Shown here: positions 28,314 to 38,893 of the stretch, piece by piece
Layout: the number at the start of each line of letters is the position of its first letter
Numbering within the stretch: the stretch's first letter is position 1
NCBI GenBank assembly: GCA_963765495.1
Contig: CAVXWP010000009.1
Span: 846,650 to 910,649, forward strand
Direction of reading: 5' to 3'
DNA length: 64,000 nt
Source: Blastocatellia bacterium
GTDB taxonomy: Bacteria; Acidobacteriota; Blastocatellia; UBA7656
Translations under genes and position numbers: made by a program
Notes under the pieces: model-generated
Told to the model about the DNA's origin: nothing
Database searches by the model: none
Seen by the model: only the letters and a program-made list of their open reading frames with translations

Positions 28314-29138
28314 ATGGCTGAGGAGTTACCCGAAGAGATTGAAAGCTATCGTGACCGGATGTGGCGGCGCACGCCTGACCGGCGCGTAGAAAACGCCGTC
28401 GAAGCCGAGAGTCTGATCGAAGACCTCGGCTTTTGCTCTACACTGACAGACGCTCGCCGCCCGGGGCCTTCTCTTTACATAGCCGTATGCGGACGGCGTG
28501 ATGCTCACATGCCGCGCAATGTGCAGAAAGACCCGGAGGCCAGCCTCGCCTGGCAACTCAAGGATGAGGTGATGCGCAGGGGACGGATGTATTATGCAAA
28601 GCTCATCAAGGGACGTTCTACATTTATCGCGCCGCGTTTGATACCTCATTTCAATGCGCTTTTGGGAATGCCCCGTCGAAAGGAATCGACCGAACTCTCG
28701 ACAGATGCCCGCATGATTTTGAAGATCCTGCGCCGCGAGTGGGAGATGGCCACAAGCGATCTGCGCGCGGAAGCGGGCATATCTGAACGCGCTCGCGCTA
28801 CGCGCGCTATTGACGAACTGCAAAAGGCGATGAAAGTGATACCGGCGGAGGTGCTCTACGAACCCTGGTTCACATACATCTGGATGATTGCCGAAGGGCG
28901 CTTTGCCGAAGCTTTGTCCGTCAAGGTCAAACGCGAAACGGCCCTGCGTGAAGTGGCTCGCGCATACCTGAAAGGTGCGGGCCAGACCGCTCGCGGAGAG
29001 CTGGCAAAGATCACAGGGCTCTCGCGTGTGGAAGCGGGAAAGGGCAACCACTCGCTGGTGGACGAAGGCTTCGCCGAACGGTTAGGAGTGGGGGTTTATC
29101 GCCTGAAGGAATTAAAAGAGAGTCTTGTTGAATCCTGA
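28314..29138 (+). CDS. Winged-helix protein, possibly AlkZ/YcaQ-related
   Basis: Long basic ORF; PSL, W.LKD, YYAKL..G..TF pattern; family call tentative. Confidence 0.55.
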   Translation: MAEELPEEIESYRDRMWRRTPDRRVENAVEAESLIEDLGFCSTLTDARRPGPSLYIAVCGRRDAHMPRNVQKDPEASLAWQLKDEVMRRGRMYYAKLIKGRSTFIAPRLIPHFNALLGMPRRKESTELSTDARMILKILRREWEMATSDLRAEAGISERARATRAIDELQKAMKVIPAEVLYEPWFTYIWMIAEGRFAEALSVKVKRETALREVARAYLKGAGQTARGELAKITGLSRVEAGKGNHSLVDEGFAERLGVGVYRLKELKESLVES

Positions 29139-29169
29139 AAAATCCTCTTAATCCTGTCCAAATTTCCGA

Positions 29170-30273
29170 TCAGACATCTAATTCGGTCTCTGCCAGATAG
29201 CGGGCGGCATCGGTCGGATTTAGCGGATTGATGTAAATCCCGCTGCCCTGCTCGAACCCCGCCCAGATGGTCGTCCTGACAAGTATCTCTATATGCCAGT
29301 GGAAATCGTCTCTGATCGTAGTGTAATCGCCCGCTCTCGGTCTTACGCTCAGATTCGGCGCAGAGTGTATATAGAAATTATAGGGCGGGTTGCCGAGCAA
29401 TTTGTAGACTTTCATCAGCACGGTTTTCAAGATGTCGGCAAGTTCCATACGCTCTTCGGGCGTAGTCTGTATAAAGGTGTGCTGATGCGTCTTTGGAAGT
29501 ATGTGAATCTCGTAAGGCATACGAGCGGCAAACGGGATATAAGCGACGAACTTTTCATTTTCCGCCACCACGCGATCCCGCTGGCGCACCTCGACAAAGA
29601 TCGTGCCGTCAGGATTGTATATTCGGTTCTCGTAATAGAAAAGCTGCTCGATCTGTCGACACCACATACAGCCCTCGCCGTTTTGAAAGTGCTGCTTGGC
29701 TACGATGAGCTTGCCCTTGAGCGCATCCGGCACAACCGTTGTGGCGATTATCTGCGCGTGCGGATGAGTCAGAGAAGCGCCCGCCGCCTTGCCGTGATTC
29801 TTGAATATCAGGACATATTTCAGTTTGGGGTCGCGTTCCAGGTCGACGTGACGTTCCCACCAGGTATCTATGATCCGGGCAATCTGTTCGGGCGGTTGTT
29901 GCTCGAGATAAATATCGTGGTTAGGCGATTCGATAGCCACTTCGTGCGCGCCATATCCGGTAGCTATCTGAAACATTCCAACTTGCCGAACATTGATTTC
30001 GTTAAAGATTCCAAAGGCGGGAAACTTGTTCGGCACCACGCGGGTGAGCCAGCCCGAAGAATTTGGCGGTTCTCCGTTTTTGCGAATCGTAAAGATCTCG
30101 GGCGGCGTCTGTTCCTCGTGTCCGTAGCAAAACGGGCATCGCGCCCGCGCTTCGGGGTTTTCCTCTTCGCGCCGAGGGGTTGGGGCTTCGGGTCGCTGGG
30201 CGCGCGCGGTTGAAATGATTACCCATCGCCCGGTGACCGGGTCTTTTCGGAGTTCTGGATTTAGGGATGTCAT
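29170..30273 (-). CDS. galT: Galactose-1-phosphate uridylyltransferase
   Basis: ELRKDPVTGRWV, CPFC, VVPNKFPA, FKNHG..AGASLTHPHAQ, FHWHIEI. Confidence 0.92.
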   Translation of the reverse strand: MTSLNPELRKDPVTGRWVIISTARAQRPEAPTPRREEENPEARARCPFCYGHEEQTPPEIFTIRKNGEPPNSSGWLTRVVPNKFPAFGIFNEINVRQVGMFQIATGYGAHEVAIESPNHDIYLEQQPPEQIARIIDTWWERHVDLERDPKLKYVLIFKNHGKAAGASLTHPHAQIIATTVVPDALKGKLIVAKQHFQNGEGCMWCRQIEQLFYYENRIYNPDGTIFVEVRQRDRVVAENEKFVAYIPFAARMPYEIHILPKTHQHTFIQTTPEERMELADILKTVLMKVYKLLGNPPYNFYIHSAPNLSVRPRAGDYTTIRDDFHWHIEILVRTTIWAGFEQGSGIYINPLNPTDAARYLAETELDV

Positions 30274-30651
30274 GCTGCTCCTTATGAAATCTGAATCTTT
30301 TGCCCACGTATAGACATAGCAAGTGATTATGAGCCGGGAGACCGGTCGTATATGAATTCGGATAATCTCCCATTCCCTTCGAGGCCGTTCGCACGTCAGA
30401 TCCAGGCAGATGATTGCGGTCTGCCTGATAAACGCAACCGATGTGGGCGAGCGTCAAATATACGATTGCGCGAGCCAAGCGTCAATCGAATGTTGCGGCC
30501 TGCCGGTGAAGCAGGAGGTGATTGCCCGTCGCGGCCGATTTCCACTTATCATGGGTTATCTCAATCTGGTAAACTTTACACAGGCATGTGAAGCATACGC
30601 TCCAACCCGACTTATTTTAAGACGTGCCATGTAAACAGATTCGGAGGATTT

Positions 30652-31866
30652 ATGAAGTCTTTTACGCCCGTGCGAGTGACAGCCGTAGTCATTCTTTTAG
30701 CGGCGCTTTTGACCGGTTCGTTTATCAAAGGCCCGGTCGTCGAAGCGCAGAGCGGACGCCAGCCGCCCAGGAAGAAAGTCGAAAAGAAGATCGAAGAGCA
30801 GAAAGGAAATCCGCAGCAGGACAAATCACAACAGCAGGAACCGGAAGAGCCGGTCCCACCCGTCCCGCGCGATTTCAAAGACCAGCCAGCGCTCAAGCTT
30901 TCGACTCAGGTGGTCAACGTGGATGTCACGGTAGCGGATAAGAAATCCAAACAGCTTCTGACCAACCTTACCAGGAAAAACTTCATTATCTACGAAGACG
31001 GCGTCAAACAGGAAATCACCAACTTTTCAAGCGGTGAAGGCCCCATCACAGTGGCGCTTGTGATCGATAACGGATTTCAAAATCGCCGATGGCAAGGCTG
31101 GTACACACCCTCGCTCGCGCAAGAAATTTTCGTATCTGCTGCCACCTTCGTTCGCAACTTCATGCGCCCTGAGGATTACGGCGCGGTAGTCACCTTTAGC
31201 ATGAAGATAAAGGTAGTGCAGGATTTTACGAGTGACGGCAATAAGCTTTACGGCGCTATAGTAGACGCTTCGCGCGACACGCTGAACTTCAGCGAGTCAA
31301 ACATTTACGATGCGCTTGCTTTTACGCTGACGGGCGGCAAGGCCATACAGTTGTTTGAAGAGAAGGCGGGCGAAAACGAATACATGGGGCTGAATGAGAT
31401 CGAAGGCCACACGGCAGCCATCCTCATCACCCACGGCATAGACACATTCAGCAAGCTCACCTTTGATAAGGCGCTGAAGATCGTCTCGAGCGCGGGTGTC
31501 CCCGTATTCACGGTCGGCGTGGGCAATCTGCGATACAAAAAGCTCGAACCATACATGGCCCCCGAAGACCGCCTGACATGGTTGATGGCATTCAATCAAC
31601 TCAGAGCATTTGCCGAACGAAGCGGAGGTGAGTATTACCCCATGACGTTCGAGGGCGAAATACCGACCATCATGCACGACATAGAGGTGCGACTGCGCAA
31701 TCAGTACAGCGTCGGATACGTCCCGTCAAACACAAGGCGCGAAGGCAAGGAGCGCAAGATCAAGATAGAGATAGACCTGGACGGCGACGGCAACCCCGAC
31801 ACAAAACAACTGGAAATGAATTATCGACAGCGCTATGTCGAGCCGGATGAGAATCCCAAGAATTAG
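30652..31866 (+). CDS. Secreted VWA-domain protein (acidobacterial VWFA type)
   Basis: Signal peptide, VNVDVTV, IYEDGVKQEI, LRNQYSVGY. Confidence 0.85.
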   Translation: MKSFTPVRVTAVVILLAALLTGSFIKGPVVEAQSGRQPPRKKVEKKIEEQKGNPQQDKSQQQEPEEPVPPVPRDFKDQPALKLSTQVVNVDVTVADKKSKQLLTNLTRKNFIIYEDGVKQEITNFSSGEGPITVALVIDNGFQNRRWQGWYTPSLAQEIFVSAATFVRNFMRPEDYGAVVTFSMKIKVVQDFTSDGNKLYGAIVDASRDTLNFSESNIYDALAFTLTGGKAIQLFEEKAGENEYMGLNEIEGHTAAILITHGIDTFSKLTFDKALKIVSSAGVPVFTVGVGNLRYKKLEPYMAPEDRLTWLMAFNQLRAFAERSGGEYYPMTFEGEIPTIMHDIEVRLRNQYSVGYVPSNTRREGKERKIKIEIDLDGDGNPDTKQLEMNYRQRYVEPDENPKN

Positions 31867-31959
31867 GCAAAAGGGCAAAGGACAGAGGGCAGAGGGCAGA
31901 GGGCGTTTAGCTCTTCGTTCCTTGCGCTTTGCTCTTTGCCCTTTGCCCTTTGCCCTTTT
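31865..31959. repeat. Heptamer-repeat inverted pair (AGGGCAR/TTTGCCC)
   Basis: AAAGGGCAAAGGACAGAGGGCAGAGGGCAGAGGGC ... CTTTGCTCTTTGCCCTTTGCCCTTTGCCCTTT. Confidence 0.9.
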
Positions 31960-32721
31960 ATGCAATTAGAGATTCAGTTTCCCACAGCCGAAGAACCCGA
32001 TTTGAATGTTATATTCGAGAAGGCGTTGCGCGAGGCGGTAAAAAAAGAGCCGCGCCCGCAATTTGAAGCTAGTTTCTATCCCTATACGGGGTTATCATCG
32101 ACCATAAGATTGCGAGAAGGACGCATCTATGTCCGCATCTCGGATATACTTCGCTCGTCGCCTCCCGAAATTCTCCACGCGCTGGCTCGCATACTGCTCG
32201 CAAAGCTCTACAGATCGAAACCGTCGAAAGAGCACGAACGCATCTACCGCGAATATACCTTGCTGCCGGAGGTGCTCGAAGCATCCGACTCGTCTCGGCG
32301 CGAGCGAGGTTATAAGCTCACGACTTCGCCGCAAGGTAAGGTCTACGATCTGGAAGAGTTATTCGCCCTGCTCAACGAACGTTACTTCGAAGGAAGGCTT
32401 GAGCGGCCCGTGCTGTCGTGGAGTCAGCAGAAGACGGGCCGGGTACTGGGCCATCACGATTACGTTCACGAGGCTATAATAGTCAGCCGCACACTCGATG
32501 ACGCCGCCATACCCCGATTCGTAGTCGAATATGTGCTATACCACGAAATGCTGCACATAAAGCATCCTCCGCGCGTGGCGGGCAATCGCACGATTTACCA
32601 CAGCAGCCAGTTTCGTGCCGACGAGCGCCGATTCGAGCAGTTTGATGAAGCGCTAGAGTGGATGGAGAAGCTCGCAAAGCCTGTGCGCCGCAAACGCAGA
32701 AAGACCAGACGCTCGCGATGA
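31960..32721 (+). CDS. SprT/M48-like zinc metallopeptidase domain protein
   Basis: LNERYF, YVLYHEMLH, H..F. Confidence 0.8.
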   Translation: MQLEIQFPTAEEPDLNVIFEKALREAVKKEPRPQFEASFYPYTGLSSTIRLREGRIYVRISDILRSSPPEILHALARILLAKLYRSKPSKEHERIYREYTLLPEVLEASDSSRRERGYKLTTSPQGKVYDLEELFALLNERYFEGRLERPVLSWSQQKTGRVLGHHDYVHEAIIVSRTLDDAAIPRFVVEYVLYHEMLHIKHPPRVAGNRTIYHSSQFRADERRFEQFDEALEWMEKLAKPVRRKRRKTRRSR

Positions 32722-33330
32722 TGAGAAGTTAATATCTCAGGGAACAAAATTCTTTCGCGAGCGTTAAAAAAATATGAGCGAATGATTCGGATAAAAGATG
32801 GAAGGAAGTAGAGCAGGATGTGTCAAACATTTCTTCCACTTAAATCAGAACCTGAGTTCAGAGCAGATAATCCTTCTCCTTGGGAACGGGGCGCTTATGG
32901 GGGCGCCCCGTATCACTTCAGACAGTCAGTGACAAGTAATCGGTATCTTTAATCCAGTATAATTCTGATCCGCGAATTTCAAATATTCGAACCTGTATTT
33001 TGTGAGGCTTAATGGCTCTACGAATTCGATTGCCAATCATCATCATCTAAAAAGATTTGGTATTGGATTCAAGAAATTGGATCACACACCTTTCCGATTT
33101 TTTTTGAAACTTCACAGAATACTTCGCGTTTATGAAGGTGTGAGTGAAGAACGGCGACGATCTGCGATAGATTTTAAGTGCGCCTGAACATCGCGGATCG
33201 AAGCCTTGTTAATCGTTGTCGCTTTGGGGTGAATCCTCCTCATAAAACTCACCGGGCGCTGCGGAATAAGCGTTAGTTCTCCTCAACTAAATCAACCGCA
33301 GCGCTCGATCTTTTTTCAAGAACTTTCCCG

Positions 33331-34485
33331 CTAATCCAGTCGCTTGTGAAATCTTAAGGCGCTCATCCCCATTATTATTAAGCCAAAGACAGACAGCGCC
33401 AATATCTGAGGCCACAGGGCCGCTATGCCTGTACCTTTTAGAAATATGCCGCGAACGATCTCTACGAAATAGCGAAGCGGGTCCAGATAGCTGAGGTACT
33501 GGATCGCCACGGGCATGTTGCGGATCGGAAACGCGAACCCGCTCAACATGAAGGCCGGTTGAAAAAAGAAGAACGAGCCCATCATCGCCTGTTGCTGAGT
33601 CTGCGACACGGTTGATATGAAAAGACCCACTCCAAGCGACGTAAGCAAAAACAGTATCGCGCAGCCGAGAAGCAACAATGCGCTTCCCCTGAACGGGATT
33701 CGAAATATCAGCAGGGCCGCCGATGTCACAAGTATCAGGTCCAGCAACCCTATTGCCGCAAACGGAAGCGTCTTGCCTATAAGCAACTCGATTGGTCGAA
33801 TGGGCGTCACCATCAATTGCTCCATTGTGCCTATCTCTTTTTCGCGCACAATCGCCATAGCCGTCAGCATCAGCGTAACCAGCGCGATTACGTTGACGAT
33901 TATTCCCGGCACGAAATAGTTGCGGCTCAAGAGTTCGGGATTGAACCAGACCCTCGTGTCGGCTACGAGCACAGGCACGTGTGGGACAGCGGGCGCGGGA
34001 GAGGCCGTAGTCGCAGACCTGGATTGCGCGGCCTGGACCTTCTGGGCGTAGGCGCTTATGACCTGCGTGGCATAGCTTGAGATTATAGACGCGGTATTGG
34101 AATTCGATCCGTCAACCAGTATCTGAACCGATGTCGGGGTGCCGCGCGAAACATCCCGCGCAAAACCGGGCAGCACGCGAATGATTGCCTGCACCTCGCC
34201 CCGGTCGAGCAGGTCGCGCACCTCGTCTTCGGTTGTCGGAAAATGTGTTATGTCGAAATTCTGCGATCCTGAAAAATATGATTGCAGATCGCGGCTCGCC
34301 GGTGTGCGGTCCATATCCATCCAGGCTATGCGAGCGTGCTCTACGTCCAGATTTACGGCAAACCCAAAGATGATGAGTTGCACGACGGGCGGGACGATGA
34401 GAACGAAACGCATGCGCGGGTCGCGCAGCACCTGCAAGAGTTCTTTTCTGAGAATTTCTCTGATTCGTCCCCACATATCCTTCAC
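33331..34485 (-). CDS. ABC-2 permease (YbhR-like)
   Basis: KELLQVLRD, AIVREKEIGTMEQLMVTP. Confidence 0.9.
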   Translation of the reverse strand: MKDMWGRIREILRKELLQVLRDPRMRFVLIVPPVVQLIIFGFAVNLDVEHARIAWMDMDRTPASRDLQSYFSGSQNFDITHFPTTEDEVRDLLDRGEVQAIIRVLPGFARDVSRGTPTSVQILVDGSNSNTASIISSYATQVISAYAQKVQAAQSRSATTASPAPAVPHVPVLVADTRVWFNPELLSRNYFVPGIIVNVIALVTLMLTAMAIVREKEIGTMEQLMVTPIRPIELLIGKTLPFAAIGLLDLILVTSAALLIFRIPFRGSALLLLGCAILFLLTSLGVGLFISTVSQTQQQAMMGSFFFFQPAFMLSGFAFPIRNMPVAIQYLSYLDPLRYFVEIVRGIFLKGTGIAALWPQILALSVFGLIIMGMSALRFHKRLD

Positions 34486-35615
34486 GCAATCTTCTGCCTG
34501 AGCCTGCGCGCAGCCACAAGGCCTATAACAGTAGCGTACAGAATCAGGAACCCGACCTCTCCCCAGAGAACTTCGATCCCGATGCCCTTGAGAAAAACTC
34601 CCTTGAGTATGGTCACAAAATAACGCGCCGGAACGATATGAGTAATTATCTGTATGACGGTCGGCATGTTCTCAATCGAATAAACGAATCCCGAAAGCAA
34701 AAAGGCGGGTAAGAAAGATGAAACCAGACTCATCTGATAGGCCAGCAACTGTGACCGGGCCACAGCCGAAATGAAGACTCCCCACAGCAGCGCGCCGAAA
34801 AGAAAGATGCAGCTTGTCAGGATCAGAAACAGGGCGCTTCCGCGAAACGGCACGCGATAGATCAGCAAGGCTACAACAAGCGCGATAATGAGGTCCACGA
34901 TCCCTATGCTAAAAAAGGCCGATACCTTGCCGACTATCAATTCCGACGGGCGAACCGGCGTCGAAATCAATTGCTCCATAGTGCCGTTTTCCCACTCGCG
35001 CGCAATCGTGAGCGATGTCAAAAGCGCGGCGATTATCATCAATATGACCGCGATCAAACCCGGCACGATGTAGTTCTTCGACTCCAACTGGCTGTTGTAC
35101 CAGACTCTCAGGCGCGGTTCGACAGGCGGCGAGATTTGCCTGCCTGCTTTCTGGTTCATCGCCTCCAATCGCATTTCGATTGCGTAGGCCTGGACTACGC
35201 CCTCGGCATAGCCCTTGGCAATCGAAGCGGTATTTGAATCGCTGCCGTCCAGAATCAGCTGGATGTCGGTCTCCTTGCCCGACAGCAGATTGCGCGAGTA
35301 GTCCACGGGGATAACCACCGCAAGCAGACATTCATCCCTGTCTATGGAGCTTTCTATGCTCTCATAATCGCTCACCATCGCTTTGATATCGAAGTAGCGT
35401 GAGGCCCGAAAGCGCGAAATCAGATCGGTGCTTTCGGGGCTGTGATCCTGATCGTAAATGAGAGTCTGTATGCGGTCTACGTCGAGCGTCAGCGCATAGC
35501 CGAAAAGCAGGAGCAAGAGAAAGGGCAGCCCGAGCGCCATCCCGAGACTTCTGGGATCGCGCAGGATGTGAATAAACTCCTTTCGGGCCACAGCTCGCGT
35601 CCGCCGCAAATTCAT
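34482..35615 (-). CDS. ABC-2 permease (YbhS-like)
   Basis: KEFIHILRDPRS, IAREWENGTMEQL. Confidence 0.9.
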   Translation of the reverse strand: MNLRRTRAVARKEFIHILRDPRSLGMALGLPFLLLLLFGYALTLDVDRIQTLIYDQDHSPESTDLISRFRASRYFDIKAMVSDYESIESSIDRDECLLAVVIPVDYSRNLLSGKETDIQLILDGSDSNTASIAKGYAEGVVQAYAIEMRLEAMNQKAGRQISPPVEPRLRVWYNSQLESKNYIVPGLIAVILMIIAALLTSLTIAREWENGTMEQLISTPVRPSELIVGKVSAFFSIGIVDLIIALVVALLIYRVPFRGSALFLILTSCIFLFGALLWGVFISAVARSQLLAYQMSLVSSFLPAFLLSGFVYSIENMPTVIQIITHIVPARYFVTILKGVFLKGIGIEVLWGEVGFLILYATVIGLVAARRLRQKIA

Positions 35616-36589
35616 GCAGTCTTTCGCTCCTCTTCCTCTATCAATCCTACAAAGACATCTTCCATCGAAGGCGAGATAACTTCGAGCCGCTCTATCTTGA
35701 TGCCCTTAGCTTCGAGAATGGATCTTATCCGATCCTTTGCCTCATCTGCCGACTCGACCGTTATGTGCAATCCGCTTCCAAAAACCGCGACATCTAGTAG
35801 CCTCTCCTGGCCTTCGAGCGATTCGAGGCTGTCGATCAAATCAGACGTATCGAGTTGTAAAAGTGTATTGGAGTACATCTGATTCTTTAACCGTTCGGGC
35901 GGCCCAAGCGCGATTATTCTCCCCTGATACATCAACGCGAGGCGATGGCAATACTCGGCCTCATCCATATAATGCGTGGTCACGAATATGGTGTGGCCGC
36001 TCTCGGAAAGCCTGTAAATCAGGTCCCAGAAATCTCGCCGCGCTATTGGGTCCACGCCCGATGTCGGCTCGTCCAGAAAGAGAATGGGCGGCTCGTGCAG
36101 GATGGCGCACGAGAGCGCGAGTCGTTGTTTCCATCCTCCCGGCAGCACAGCGGTTTTGGCAGTTCTCCTGTCTTCAAGCCCGGCCATCTCCAGGGCGTAG
36201 GCTTTGCGTTCGTCGCGCCGCTTAACGGGCACTCCATAAATGCCGCTGAAAAAATTGATGTTCTCTTCAACCGTCAAATCGTCGTAGAGCGAAAATTTCT
36301 GAGACATATATCCGATGTGTTTCTTCACCTGCTCAGACTCGGTGACCACATCGAAGCCGCTCACAACCGCCTGCCCGCTCGTTGGCTGAAGCAGACCGCA
36401 AAGTATGCGAATGGTCGTAGATTTGCCCGCGCCGTTCGAGCCGAGAAAGCCGAATATTTCCCCGCGACCGACCGACAGAGAGATATGATCTACGGCCGTG
36501 AAATCGCCGAATTTCTTGACCAGGTCTTTGACCTCGACGGCGGTCGTTTCCGACTCACTCGCCGTTGTTTGACTGCCGGGTTCCTTCAT
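35612..36589 (-). CDS. ABC transporter ATP-binding protein
   Basis: GSNGAGKST, LPGGWKQR, FLDEPT. Confidence 0.92.
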   Translation of the reverse strand: MKEPGSQTTASESETTAVEVKDLVKKFGDFTAVDHISLSVGRGEIFGFLGSNGAGKSTTIRILCGLLQPTSGQAVVSGFDVVTESEQVKKHIGYMSQKFSLYDDLTVEENINFFSGIYGVPVKRRDERKAYALEMAGLEDRRTAKTAVLPGGWKQRLALSCAILHEPPILFLDEPTSGVDPIARRDFWDLIYRLSESGHTIFVTTHYMDEAEYCHRLALMYQGRIIALGPPERLKNQMYSNTLLQLDTSDLIDSLESLEGQERLLDVAVFGSGLHITVESADEAKDRIRSILEAKGIKIERLEVISPSMEDVFVGLIEEEERKTA

Positions 36590-37544
36590 CAGCCTGCCCC
36601 TTTGATGCCTTGCGCGAAAGGGCAATAAATACATCCTCAAGCGAAGGCGTTATCTGTTTGAACTCTGCCTGTCCGACGCCCTTTTCACTCAGCCGCTTTT
36701 GAATCTCCTGAATCGATGTCTCTGACGGCGCTAAAAACAGGTGAAGCGTAGCGCCCGAAGGCTCTACGCTCACGACCCCTTCGATATTTTCGAGGGCCGT
36801 CCTGACCGCCCTTTGATCCGAAGAACGGACTTCGTAACAGACCTCTTCCAGTTCGTGTTTGAGCGCATCTGGTGTGTCACATCGGATCAATCGACCGCGA
36901 TACATGAAGCCCACACGGTTGCAGCGTTCAGCCTCATCCAGATAAGCGGTGGTCAGGAAAACCGTGAGACCATCCCTCACCAGTTGGTAGAGTATGGCCC
37001 AGAAATCTCTGCGGCTCACGGGGTCTACACCGTTTGTCGGCTCGTCCAGGAACAAAATCTGCGGACGATGCAGCAGGGTGCACATCAGCGCGAGCTTCTG
37101 CTTCATCCCGCCCGATAGTCTCCCCGCGCGTCGTTTGCGAAAAGGGTCCATCCGCGTCATCTTGAGAAGATTCGTCATCAACTCTTCGCGCTCGCTACCG
37201 ACTATGTCGAACAGATCAGAGTAAAACTGCATATTCTCTTCCACGGTCAGGTCGCTGTAGAGGCCAAACCTCTGCGCCATATAACCTATCCGATCTTTGA
37301 CCGCGTCGGGGTCTCGCGCCACATCGTACCCGGCTATCGAAGCCCCGCCTTCGGTGATCTCCATCAGGGTGCAGAGCATTCTGAGCGTAGTAGTCTTTCC
37401 TGCCCCGTCAGGCCCTACGAGGCCGAATATCTCTCCGCGAGCGATTTCCAGATCGAGATGATCCACGGCGGTCAAGTCTCCGAACCGCCGCGTGAGATCG
37501 GTGATCTTGATAATCGTGCTGTCGCTTGAATCTGGTGCAGTCAT
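36555..37544 (-). CDS. ABC transporter ATP-binding protein
   Basis: GPDGAGKTT, LSGGMKQK, FLDEPT. Confidence 0.92.
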   Translation of the reverse strand: MTAPDSSDSTIIKITDLTRRFGDLTAVDHLDLEIARGEIFGLVGPDGAGKTTTLRMLCTLMEITEGGASIAGYDVARDPDAVKDRIGYMAQRFGLYSDLTVEENMQFYSDLFDIVGSEREELMTNLLKMTRMDPFRKRRAGRLSGGMKQKLALMCTLLHRPQILFLDEPTNGVDPVSRRDFWAILYQLVRDGLTVFLTTAYLDEAERCNRVGFMYRGRLIRCDTPDALKHELEEVCYEVRSSDQRAVRTALENIEGVVSVEPSGATLHLFLAPSETSIQEIQKRLSEKGVGQAEFKQITPSLEDVFIALSRKASKGQADEGTRQSNNGE

Positions 37545-37679
37545 CTCGGTTATACAGCCAGTTCACGATTGTGCAAACGGGAATAGCCCAGGGATTTGAC
37601 GGATGCGACGGATTTTCACGGATCAGTTCATATCTGCCACTCTCGTGTTGATCTGTTGCGCATACTTGCTTTCAGCCGC

Positions 37680-38885
37680 CTATTTCTGATTAAGCGAGAT
37701 CACAGCATCCGCGGGCATATTGGATTTCAATTCGCGGTTTGGATTCTCCACGTCAATCTTGATTCGATAGACAAGCTTTGCCCTCTCTTCGGGCGTCTGA
37801 ATCTGCTTTGGCGTAAATTCGGCCTCGGAGGAGATAAAGGTGATCTGCCCGGAATAGACTTTGCCGGGAAATGAATCGGTCGTCACTTTGACTTTGTCTC
37901 CGAGGTGCACGCGCCCGAGATCGCCCTCAGAGACATATCCGCGCAACCAGGGATGGGATACGTCGCCTATTGTGAGGACAGCCGTTCCGGCAGCCACGAC
38001 TTCGCCCACTTCGGCCGATTTTACAAGCACTACGCCGTCAATCGGGCTTATAGCTTCTGTGTCTTTCAATTGCTCTTCGATGACCGCGAGTTCCGCCTTT
38101 GCGCGTTCGATGTCAGCGCGCGCCGATTCCAACTGCTGCTGCTTCTGCTTGACCTCAAGCCGTCCGGCTTCGGTCGTCCTCAGGGACGCCTGTGCCCGCG
38201 CCACCTGCGCCCTTGCCGCGTCGATATCCTCGCGTCTTGGCCCTTCCAAAACTAGCGCGAGTTGCTCTTCGGCCTGCTTTAGTTGAGCGGCGGCAGTCTC
38301 GTATCGCGTCTTGTATTGGTCGTAAAGCTGGGCCGAAATATCTCTGGTTTCGTAAAGCGATTTCCCCCGTTCGTAATCGGTTCTGGCCAGTTCATATTCG
38401 CTACGGGCGCGGGTTACCACGGCCCGCGCCTGTGCGATTTCCTGAGAGCGCGAACCGGCTTCCAGTTGTCGCAACTGCGCCTGAGTCTGCTGCAATTCCG
38501 CCTGCCGTTGCCCTATCTGACCCTCGGTGGTTTCGCTCTGCAACTGGATAGCGGTCTGTAGCTGATCCATCTGAGACTGGGCTGCCTGAAGAGTCGCCTG
38601 AGCGCGATCACGCTGGCCTTCAAGCTGGGCCCGGTCGAGTCGGGCTACCACCATTCCTTTATGTGCATCATCGCCTTCGTCTATGAGAAGCTCAACAAGT
38701 TTGCCGGGCGTCTTGAAGGCAATGTCGGTTTCGGTGAGTTCGATGTTGCCGGAAACCGATATCTCGCCCGCGTCGCTTTTCCTGAACCAGCTGCAAGAAA
38801 CGACCCCCATACTCAAAACGGCAAAGAGAACTATGAAAATCAATTTTCGATCCTGTTCGATCATAGCTTTCCCCCGACTGGCCAT
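37680..38885 (-). CDS. HlyD family periplasmic adaptor (YbhG-like)
   Basis: SGNIE, coiled coil, SPIDG, AEFTPK. Confidence 0.9.
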   Translation of the reverse strand: MASRGKAMIEQDRKLIFIVLFAVLSMGVVSCSWFRKSDAGEISVSGNIELTETDIAFKTPGKLVELLIDEGDDAHKGMVVARLDRAQLEGQRDRAQATLQAAQSQMDQLQTAIQLQSETTEGQIGQRQAELQQTQAQLRQLEAGSRSQEIAQARAVVTRARSEYELARTDYERGKSLYETRDISAQLYDQYKTRYETAAAQLKQAEEQLALVLEGPRREDIDAARAQVARAQASLRTTEAGRLEVKQKQQQLESARADIERAKAELAVIEEQLKDTEAISPIDGVVLVKSAEVGEVVAAGTAVLTIGDVSHPWLRGYVSEGDLGRVHLGDKVKVTTDSFPGKVYSGQITFISSEAEFTPKQIQTPEERAKLVYRIKIDVENPNRELKSNMPADAVISLNQK

Positions 38886-38893
38886 CTGACGGC

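Noticed and set aside
30280-30650. Small ORFs between galT and the VWA gene
   Set aside because: Mutually overlapping, no motifs or clear RBS; likely a divergent promoter region
32722-33330. 600-bp AT-rich gap between convergent genes as ncRNA or small ORF
   Set aside because: Only one GC hairpin (~32886-32911) and short ORFs without support
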